Shown in pieces: positions 1 through 7,358 of a stretch of 20,155 bases of DNA. This DNA is from an uncultured bacterium (GTDB lineage Bacteria; CAYUVA01), in contig CAYUVA010000018.1 in NCBI GenBank assembly GCA_964448115.1, positions 62,001 to 82,155 of the forward strand. Reading direction: 5' to 3'. The first letter of the stretch is position 1. The number at the start of each line of letters is the position of its first letter. Both the position numbers and the translations under genes were made by a program. Under the pieces are notes generated by a model. The model did no database searches. It saw only the letters and a list, made by a program, of their open reading frames with translations, and had not been told where the DNA came from.

Positions 1-1830
1 TGAACCGGTAATTGCATAGCTTATTCCTTCAATGCCAGCCAGCTCCTGGTTTATAATGATATTCAGCCCATCTACTAGTTCATCTCCTTTGGTTGAACCG
101 ATATCATTGATTAAAAGCGATATTCTTGCGTTTCGGAAGGACTCATCTACCAGTGTGAAGATCTCCCGTTCCCCGGACATCTCGTATAGAAGTATAAGTT
201 GTGCTGCCAATTCTTTGCTCTGCGGTACTCGATAGTATGCCACATCATCCCCATGCAGTGCGCTGTTCATCTTCATTAGAAGATCGACCATGCTCAGGGC
301 TCTCCCCACATCGGGTAATTGCAATGCTTTTTCCTGGATCCGTCTTAGAGCACCTAGCACCTGTGGCTCCTTGAAGGCATCCATATTCTCGGCGGTTAGC
401 AGGATCTCGATGGGTACCACGCCGTACAGGTTTTCCTCCATGAAGACATTCCCTTTATATAGATAAGTATGTTCCTTTATATCCTCGAAAAGACGAATCT
501 CAGCCTTGATTCTCAAGATACCGATCATTGATAATACAATGATAATCGAGCCGATCATCATTACCAGCCAGGGATGCTTAGTCGTGTAATAGCCCAGAAA
601 TACAAGTATCTTATTGATTAGTCCTCTTTCGAACTTTCTTTTCACCTTCCCGGAGGGGATCTTACAAAGGGATAATGAGACCGGCACCCCAGTTACCGAG
701 ATAATGAAGGCGAAGATAGCGCCAGCAGCGGCGTAGATTCCGAACTCTCTTACCATGTTTACCGAGCTTATTGCCAAAGAGCCGAAGCCTATGGCAGTGG
801 TTAATGCGGTCAAAAAACATGCTATTCCCACCAGGGAGAGGGTCCTTACGATGATCTTTCTTCTTGACATGCCCACCTCGATGGTCTGGTAGTACTGGGT
901 CATTATGTGGATAGCCACCGCCACTCCGATAACAAGAATGAGGGTTGGCAGGACGGTGCTGACGATATTGATCTCGCTTCCAGTCAGTGCCATCAGTCCC
1001 ACGGTCCATATCAAACCGATTACGATCATGCTGCCAGGGATCAGCACTCCCGGCAGCGTCCGATATACCAAGGCCAACAAGATCGATATGAAAAGGGCTG
1101 CCAGTGGCGGAAAGATCGTGTTATCACGCTTGCTGAAGCGGACATACTCGTTTCTGACCATCGGCACTCCACCCAGATAGATCTGAGTGTTAAGTCGCTG
1201 GTTGTATTCGGGCAGAAATGATCTGATTTTGCTAAATATCTCCTGCCGATGTTCGTTGTCATCATAAGTCTCGTCTATATCAGCGAGTATAACGGCAGCG
1301 TTTCCATCCCTGGATACAAGATAGTCCCTGACCAGAGGATTATTCATGACCTTGTTTTTTATCGCCTGCGCCCCTTTTTTAGTCTTCGGAAGCGTTTGTA
1401 TAAGCTGTTGAACCGAGAAGCCATCGTCTGTACCTTCGATATCCATGAAATCAGTAAGGCTTTGCACCTTCTCGATATAGGGCAGCTCCTTGAATGCCCT
1501 GGTCAGCTCATCCAAGTGCCTTAGATTCTGTGGCGTGAAAAGCTCATCGACCCTGAAGGCGCATAAGATAGTATTGTCGCTCTCACCGAATAGATTTACC
1601 AATCGCTCGTAGTCCGCCTTTTTGGGATCATCAGAGAGGAAAAACGACTCCAGGGTAAAATTGAATCGGATCTGGACAGCATTATATGCCCCAAACAAGG
1701 TCAATGATATGATGATAACCATATAAACAAATCGGTGTTTGAGCATGAAAGCGGTGAGCCTGGCGAAGAAGTTCGAGGATTCAGCGTTATTCCCAGGTTG
1801 CGACAATCTATTTTTCGACCCTATTTCCAT
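1..1830 (-). CDS. MMPL family / RND-type transporter, 3' end truncated by window edge
   Basis: Hand translation of segments from ATG at 1830: MEIGSKNRLS...HRFVYMVIIISLTLFGAYNAVQIRFNFTLESFFLSDDPKKADYERLVNLFG...IEKVQSLTD...GVAVAIHIMTQYY...ACFLTALTTAIGFGSL...VREFGIYAAAG...YAITGS at position 1. All segments are in one frame (610 codons). The pattern TM1, periplasmic loop, TM bundle, second periplasmic loop is typical of MMPL. Missing from the ORF track because there is no stop in the window. Confidence 0.9.
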   Translation of the reverse strand, partial: MEIGSKNRLSQPGNNAESSNFFARLTAFMLKHRFVYMVIIISLTLFGAYNAVQIRFNFTLESFFLSDDPKKADYERLVNLFGESDNTILCAFRVDELFTPQNLRHLDELTRAFKELPYIEKVQSLTDFMDIEGTDDGFSVQQLIQTLPKTKKGAQAIKNKVMNNPLVRDYLVSRDGNAAVILADIDETYDDNEHRQEIFSKIRSFLPEYNQRLNTQIYLGGVPMVRNEYVRFSKRDNTIFPPLAALFISILLALVYRTLPGVLIPGSMIVIGLIWTVGLMALTGSEINIVSTVLPTLILVIGVAVAIHIMTQYYQTIEVGMSRRKIIVRTLSLVGIACFLTALTTAIGFGSLAISSVNMVREFGIYAAAGAIFAFIISVTGVPVSLSLCKIPSGKVKRKFERGLINKILVFLGYYTTKHPWLVMMIGSIIIVLSMIGILRIKAEIRLFEDIKEHTYLYKGNVFMEENLYGVVPIEILLTAENMDAFKEPQVLGALRRIQEKALQLPDVGRALSMVDLLMKMNSALHGDDVAYYRVPQSKELAAQLILLYEMSGEREIFTLVDESFRNARISLLINDIGSTKGDELVDGLNIIINQELAGIEGISYAITGS

Positions 1831-1888
1831 TTGCAGTGCATGATAGCACAAACAATTAACCAAAGGGGAGATATCGATACAAATGTCT

Positions 1889-3307
1889 TTAGTGAATATA
1901 TCCCATGGTCTTCAGCATCTCGAGGCGCTCCTTGTCCAAGATCGGCACTGCAATCGATTCTCGGGATGGTAGATCGCTTACAAGTGCATCAAGAAGCTTG
2001 ATTAACTCCTTCTCCGCCTTCGTGGACGGTTCACAAGAGGGATGCTGCTCTGCTGGGTCGGAACCTAGATTAAAGATCTCAAGTTGATTGGTTGAGGGGA
2101 TCTTGAATATTTTAATATCATTGGCGATTATACCGTTAACATCCCTCTCCCCTTCCGGGGCAAAGGTCTGGAACAAACAGGCTGAACGGATCGGCATGTT
2201 ATCTCTTTGGGTGAGGATTCCCTGCAAAAGTGGTTTGCCGATCAACCTCCACTGGTGTTTTATTTCGAGTAATTCAATGATCAACGGCGAGAGGTCCTTG
2301 AGCGCGAAATCACCAGTATAAAGATATCCAAGCGGAAGTCGCTGCGGCATGGATAACACCAAGGGAACCCTGATACATTCATCATAAACACTGAAGGCAT
2401 GCCCAAAATAATTCTTGTGTTCATACAAGGTCTCGCCATGGTCGGAGACAAAGACGATCAGGGTTCTTCTAAATAAGTCGTGTTTGGCTAGCAGCCTTTT
2501 CAAGGGTAGCAGAGCCTTTTCTAGCGATACGCACTGCTGGTAGTAGAAGTTTCTATAGCGTCTGATGCTCTCGGCATCGAGGGCAACCTGGTCGCGATAG
2601 ATTCGGTTAAGTTCATCGGTCGATACACCAGTTATGGTCGGATTCTTGTGATCGAAATATAGTTTAAGTAACTCTTTATCTTCCGCTTCATAAGGTGAAT
2701 GTGGATCGATGTAATGCAGCCAAAGGAAAAACGGCTTCCTCGTCCATTCGGGATCGCTGGTGAGCCAGTCGATACCCTTTTTGGTGGTGGTGGATGCATG
2801 TTGGGTAAGAAAGAACTCGTTGTCATAATAATCGAACCCTTGGCTAAGACCATACTTTGCATCAAGCACATGACCCGATATGACAGCGCCGGTTCTGAAG
2901 CCATTATTCTTGAGTATCTCGGCTAAAGTCTCATGCTTATCGCTCAGCTTGTAGTTATTGTTGATCACCCCGTGCTCGGTGGGATATTTTGCGGTCATCA
3001 TTGTGGAAAAAGAGGGTGCGGTGATCGGGATCTGCGAATAAGCATTGGTAAACTGCAAGCTGCGCCGGGATAGCCAATCCGTGAAGATGCCGTATCGATC
3101 TATCCCCCCATAGCAGCCGAGCGCATCGGTTCTTAGGGTGTCAACCCCGATGAATAGAAGATTGTAGTGCTCATCAGGCGGAGCCTTTCTGTCCTTGCAA
3201 CCGACAAGGCTTGATATTATCAACAAACCGATCAAGATTAGTGATATTTCAGTGGTATGTCTTCTCATCATCATGACCATTATTGTCGATATTGAGGTCC
3301 TTTGCAT
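1889..3307 (-). CDS. Sulfatase-like hydrolase/transferase (alkaline phosphatase superfamily), predicted lipoprotein
   Basis: Motifs LLFIGVDTLRTD, TLAEILK..GFRTGAV, GFDYYD, KPFFLWLHYIDPHSPY, VFVSDHGE, GH..SVYDE.IRVPL, FNL.SDP.E and C-terminal L..MGYI. Lipobox LVGC follows a hydrophobic stretch. The true start is probably one of the ATGs at 3268-3280. Confidence 0.88.
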   Translation of the reverse strand: MQRTSISTIMVMMMRRHTTEISLILIGLLIISSLVGCKDRKAPPDEHYNLLFIGVDTLRTDALGCYGGIDRYGIFTDWLSRRSLQFTNAYSQIPITAPSFSTMMTAKYPTEHGVINNNYKLSDKHETLAEILKNNGFRTGAVISGHVLDAKYGLSQGFDYYDNEFFLTQHASTTTKKGIDWLTSDPEWTRKPFFLWLHYIDPHSPYEAEDKELLKLYFDHKNPTITGVSTDELNRIYRDQVALDAESIRRYRNFYYQQCVSLEKALLPLKRLLAKHDLFRRTLIVFVSDHGETLYEHKNYFGHAFSVYDECIRVPLVLSMPQRLPLGYLYTGDFALKDLSPLIIELLEIKHQWRLIGKPLLQGILTQRDNMPIRSACLFQTFAPEGERDVNGIIANDIKIFKIPSTNQLEIFNLGSDPAEQHPSCEPSTKAEKELIKLLDALVSDLPSRESIAVPILDKERLEMLKTMGYIH

Positions 3308-4157
3308 CCTGGTTATGGTTTGGATTTATCTTGAGTTTGCATATTTTAGCCTTGAACTCCCCTAGATCGTGGATGCGAGAGTCGCTATGACTTCTTTTGC
3401 TTGTATTTAATCGAGAGAATCTTATGGTGGATAGAATCCTTCGGGATACGAAGTAGAAAATGGATACAAAGAAGAATAAAGGTATGATGAATCCGAGGAA
3501 TAGCTCATTGAAGGATATGCGCAGGGGACCGAAGTTCTTGACCAGTCCAGGTGAAAAGAGCAGATGGAACTGGATCGGGTGTCCCTGCCCGATGTTTTCA
3601 TTTATGAGCATCAATCCTTTTCTCCCATCCCGCTCAATTCTGGATATAAAGCCCATTCTTCCCCTCTCTTCGAGCCTGGTTGGCTCAAAGCCGTCTGGTA
3701 GCCAGAATGTAATCTTTAGCTTGCGTACCGGTACCTCCCATCCCCCCAGCCATTCAGCCTTGAAGCTGTTGGTCTCTTTGGTGCCGAGTAAACCATAGGG
3801 TATGCGGAAATCAAGATGTGCAATCTTGCCCTCATTTTCGCTTGCTGGTATGAGCCACTGAATTCGATTGCCATTAGCGCTCAAGGTGATATTACTTGTA
3901 TCGCTGGAAGCCGGTGCCTGAAGATCTACAGCCTTCCACTCTCCAAGGTCGATTTTTCCTAGGATCTCCTGGTTTTTATCCATGCCATACTCGATCCTGG
4001 CATTGACATGTATATCTCGCATCTTTTGGGATTCGGGATCGAGCGCTGGCTCAAAAGATACCTCAAGCTGTTGGATCTCATAACCATCGGCTTTCAAGAA
4101 CACACACAGAACGATAATTAACAGAATGAACCGAGAATATTTGCCAGCAGACAGCAT
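3249..4157 (-). CDS. Hypothetical membrane-anchored exported protein, DUF2207-like N-terminal domain
   Basis: 302 aa ORF with an N-terminal signal peptide, a beta-rich domain containing EWLGGWEVPVRKLKITFWLP (resembles DUF2207 W..PI....I.LP), one TM helix (LFLGFIIPLFFFVSIFYFV) and a basic tail. The domain call is tentative. Confidence 0.6.
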   Translation of the reverse strand: MLSAGKYSRFILLIIVLCVFLKADGYEIQQLEVSFEPALDPESQKMRDIHVNARIEYGMDKNQEILGKIDLGEWKAVDLQAPASSDTSNITLSANGNRIQWLIPASENEGKIAHLDFRIPYGLLGTKETNSFKAEWLGGWEVPVRKLKITFWLPDGFEPTRLEERGRMGFISRIERDGRKGLMLINENIGQGHPIQFHLLFSPGLVKNFGPLRISFNELFLGFIIPLFFFVSIFYFVSRRILSTIRFSRLNTSKRSHSDSRIHDLGEFKAKICKLKINPNHNQDAKDLNIDNNGHDDEKTYH

Positions 4158-4255
4158 CCTAAGCCATAACCTACCACATCTTGGGGCTCTTATGAAATGT
4201 ATAATAGCAAGATAGCCTGGTGATCAAAGTGTTGATGTAGCGCTTTATAGCTGAC

Positions 4256-4840
4256 TCATCTATTGGAAGACAACAGTATCCTCGCCAGCTCGGTATCCTC
4301 GGCCGAGATCTCACCAACCAGGTTAAGCCTGACCACTCCATCAGGGTCGATGAGCATCAGGGTCGGTATGGCGGTTACCGGCAGGTTCTTTCCGGCAGGG
4401 ATCAGCGCTATATCGAACTTGCGAGCCAGCTTGCCGTTTTCATCCGGTATGACAGGGTAAACGGATCGAAGCTCAGTCGGTTTACTGCTTTTATCATCAC
4501 TGCCATAGATAAATACGATATAAAATGGAATCCGCGCCTTTTGTACGAGGTTGCTTAGTCGATGCAATTTCTCAAGGTTTTTCAGGCTGTCTCGCTCATT
4601 GAAGGTCGCAAAGTACAGTACCAGGCTGCTTCTCCCGCGCATCTGTAGCGCATCCACAGTTGTGCCATCAAGCGCCTTAGCCCTGAATGCGGGAATGACC
4701 TGCCCCTTTGCTATACCTGATGTATAGATTGGTCGTTTGATAGACTTTACCTTGACCTGCACGATAACCGTAGCTGCTAGAAGGCATATCAACAGGGCAC
4801 TGAGTAATATCTTTGTATATTTCAGTTTATTTTGTGCCAT
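4256..4840 (-). CDS. TlpA/ResA-like thioredoxin-fold (redoxin) protein lacking CxxC
   Basis: N-terminal TM anchor; GQVIPAFRAKALDGTTV; LVLYFATF; YPVIPDENGKLARKFDI; AIPTLMLIDPDGVVR (cis-Pro loop). These are redoxin-family hallmarks, but NERD sits where CxxC is expected. Confidence 0.8.
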   Translation of the reverse strand: MAQNKLKYTKILLSALLICLLAATVIVQVKVKSIKRPIYTSGIAKGQVIPAFRAKALDGTTVDALQMRGRSSLVLYFATFNERDSLKNLEKLHRLSNLVQKARIPFYIVFIYGSDDKSSKPTELRSVYPVIPDENGKLARKFDIALIPAGKNLPVTAIPTLMLIDPDGVVRLNLVGEISAEDTELARILLSSNR

Positions 4841-4964
4841 TAAGTTATGTAAAGGTCAATGATCTGAAGCCTAACACGATCGGTAGTTATCTTCCACCTA
4901 GTTAAAAGGGGTAGCAGGGAGTTAATAGCAAAAAATACCATGCTCAACTACCGCCTGGTCATCA

Positions 4965-5897
4965 TTATCCTCGATCGAGGAGATCCAGGATCTTGCGCGA
5001 GCATTTCTTCAGTATCCGCTCTGCTGCTGCAAGTCCCAGGTCTCTGGCATCGGCTACCGAGCCGACCTGTTGCTCGGTGTGGATCTCATCCCCCTCTGGA
5101 GATGCAATCAAACAATTGAGCCTTAACAGGTAACCCTCAGAAAAACAACAGTACGCAGAGATAGGCAGCCGACAGCTCCCGTTCAGTCCTTCGAGGAAAG
5201 CTCGTTCCGCCATTGCACAGGAGCGGCTGATGTAATTATCGAGTTTACTGACCAGGCTTAGCACTTCATCATCATCGCTTCGCACCTCAACTGCAAGCGT
5301 CCCTTGACATGCAGCCGGGGGGAATACCTCCACAGGGAGCACCTGGTAATAGCTGCGCATCATGCCAAGCCGCCTTAACCCGGCAGCGGCTACGCAGATG
5401 CCATCATACTCTCCGTTCTTTAGCTTCCTGATCCTGGTATCGAGATTCCCTCGAATAAGCCTGATAGATGCGCTGGGAAATAGCTTCTTGATGAAGACCT
5501 TGCGTCTTAGCGATCCAGTTCCAAAGGTGAATCCCTCTGGCAAGACATTGAGATCCTGGTTATAATCGCCCAGGATCAATACATCACGGGGATCGCCTCG
5601 TTGAGGAACCGCTCCCAGGGTCAGATCTGGTGGTAGCTCGTAAGGGAGATCCTTCAAGCTATGCACTGCGAGATCGATCTGGTTAGCTAGAAGTCTCTGT
5701 TCGATCTCTCTGACGAAAAGTCCCTTACCGCCGATATCTACCAGGGATCTATCCTGCACCAGATCCCCCTTGGTCTTGATAATTCGGGTCTCGAACAAGG
5801 CATCGGGGTTGAGCCGCTGTAGCTTTTTTATTATAAGCTCGGACTGCGCTAATGCTAGTTTGCTTCCCCTGGTGCCGATAATAAAGCGTTTACTCAT
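4965..5897 (-). CDS. hemC: Hydroxymethylbilane synthase (porphobilinogen deaminase)
   Basis: IIGTRGSKLALAQ, IKTKGD, GGKGLFVREIE, DLAVHSLKDLP, GTGSLRR, IRGNLDTRIRKL, AERAFL..LNGSCRLPI (cofactor-binding Cys). Confidence 0.98.
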   Translation of the reverse strand: MSKRFIIGTRGSKLALAQSELIIKKLQRLNPDALFETRIIKTKGDLVQDRSLVDIGGKGLFVREIEQRLLANQIDLAVHSLKDLPYELPPDLTLGAVPQRGDPRDVLILGDYNQDLNVLPEGFTFGTGSLRRKVFIKKLFPSASIRLIRGNLDTRIRKLKNGEYDGICVAAAGLRRLGMMRSYYQVLPVEVFPPAACQGTLAVEVRSDDDEVLSLVSKLDNYISRSCAMAERAFLEGLNGSCRLPISAYCCFSEGYLLRLNCLIASPEGDEIHTEQQVGSVADARDLGLAAAERILKKCSRKILDLLDRG

Positions 5898-5903
5898 AAG
5901 AAG

Positions 5904-7205
5904 CTAGTTGATCCTGAAGTCAAAGTAATCTAAACCATAAGGAATCGTCTTGCCCTGAATTAAACCTGCAATATACCATCTTCCAAAGATTGTCCCTTCG
6001 ACTCCACTTAGATCTAGGGTAAGAACTCCACCATCGAAGCCGAATAGCATGCCCAAAGGTAGTGGAAAAAAGTACGGGTTAAGCATGAAAGAGGGATATG
6101 ATGGCTGGTCGGAGAGAAAATAATACCCTCCGTTTACCTCGAGAACGATATATAGATCCATCTCGGTAGCATAAGATGGGTTAGATATACCGATATTCAG
6201 GTTCATCAACTCTCCCTTTGCATACTGTTCCTTATCGGCAGTTATCCAGAGGCTCACATTATAGCCGGGAAAGTAATCCTGCGCGCAATTAAAGCTATAG
6301 AAGGGATAATCATCATACATCTGCGGTGTTTGCACACCTGGATAGAAGTATCTTACATAATAGTCAGCATAGCGAAAAGCCTCTTCTGGAGAGATACCGC
6401 CATCATCATTTTCATCGCAGCTAAGATCGAGGAATCCCCTGGTTAAAAAATGTGTAAATAGACCGTTTTGCAGTGATGAATACTCATAAGACGGCTCATC
6501 CTCCCTGCTAGCCATCAAAACCACCAGGCTGCTTGGCTCTCCATCCTTGGAGGCGCTTTGCCGATGATGATAACCACGCATTACGAGGTCTTTTGCGAAC
6601 CCGTCCCCGGGCGAGGGAGCCAGGTCGCTATAATAGGCATCCGGTGGCGATTTAATAGTGCCGTCCTGGTTGTCAAATCCAAAGCCATTTGAATGGGGAA
6701 ACATCCCCCCGCTGAAACAGGAGTCTATAATCACTGTTTTGTTGCGACACCTGAGCAGGCTCACCCAATAGGACAACTCATCATCGCGAATGCAGGTGTT
6801 TACTCCCCGTCCATCATAGGGATAGATGAACTCATCGTATCCATCCGCCTCGTCGTAAGGCTCCATATCAGGAGCCGTCAATCCATGACCAGAAAAGAAA
6901 AAAAGAAAATTGTCCTCCTCTGTAACTACTGTCTCAAGATATAAAAAGGCGTTCAGGATATCGTGCTTTTTTCCATTTTCATTGATCAACAAGATTATAT
7001 CCTCATCCAGCCAATCCGAGTAAGCCAACAGCGCAGCCCTCATATCCATCGCATCATCATCGGCGTACCTCAACCACGAGGTGCCAACGTAGTGTGCCAT
7101 GCCGACTATGATTGCGTAGTTTTTTGCCAACAGGGCGGTTGGAACCATGGTAACTATGGAAGAAAGAATGATAACCAGCGAGATATTGACCCCTAAATTC
7201 TTCAT
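5904..7205 (-). CDS. Secreted caspase-family (peptidase C14, metacaspase/orthocaspase-like) protein with an extra C-terminal beta-rich domain
   Basis: YAIIVG, LRYADDDA, catalytic dyad motifs FFFSGHG and IIDSCFSG, LMASREDEPSYE, NGLFTHFL, QTPQMY. A signal peptide follows the ATG at 7205; the ORF track starts at 7265. Confidence 0.88.
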   Translation of the reverse strand: MKNLGVNISLVIILSSIVTMVPTALLAKNYAIIVGMAHYVGTSWLRYADDDAMDMRAALLAYSDWLDEDIILLINENGKKHDILNAFLYLETVVTEEDNFLFFFSGHGLTAPDMEPYDEADGYDEFIYPYDGRGVNTCIRDDELSYWVSLLRCRNKTVIIDSCFSGGMFPHSNGFGFDNQDGTIKSPPDAYYSDLAPSPGDGFAKDLVMRGYHHRQSASKDGEPSSLVVLMASREDEPSYEYSSLQNGLFTHFLTRGFLDLSCDENDDGGISPEEAFRYADYYVRYFYPGVQTPQMYDDYPFYSFNCAQDYFPGYNVSLWITADKEQYAKGELMNLNIGISNPSYATEMDLYIVLEVNGGYYFLSDQPSYPSFMLNPYFFPLPLGMLFGFDGGVLTLDLSGVEGTIFGRWYIAGLIQGKTIPYGLDYFDFRIN

Positions 7206-7275
7206 TTGCTTATATATATATAATGCCCTTGTGAGAAAAAGGCAAAAACGCGAATAAAGAGTCATCCATTTTATG

Positions 7276-7327
7276 AAAAAAAAAAGCCCCTCGCTTGCTG
7301 CTTCGGTGGCGCAAGGGGCTTGTTTTT
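7276..7327 (-). terminator. Rho-independent terminator downstream of the dsrL-like gene (possibly bidirectional)
   Basis: Minus strand: AAGCCCCTTGC...GCGAGGGGC stem followed by a run of 10 T (A run at 7276-7285 on plus). The plus strand also has a T-rich tail (TTGTTTTT). Confidence 0.85.
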
Positions 7328-7358
7328 AGCACTATTTTAAGGCTGATCGGCTGCTTTG

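Noticed and set aside
32..2001. Short ORFs from the track over the first 2 kb (e.g. 662-1009, 905-1180, 907-1221, 1249-1524)
   Set aside because: They are shadow or alternate frames of the long minus-strand MMPL gene and show no recognisable motifs.
4589..4600. Selenocysteine recoding in the TlpA-like active site
   Set aside because: The codons are AAT GAG CGA GAC, with no in-frame TGA.
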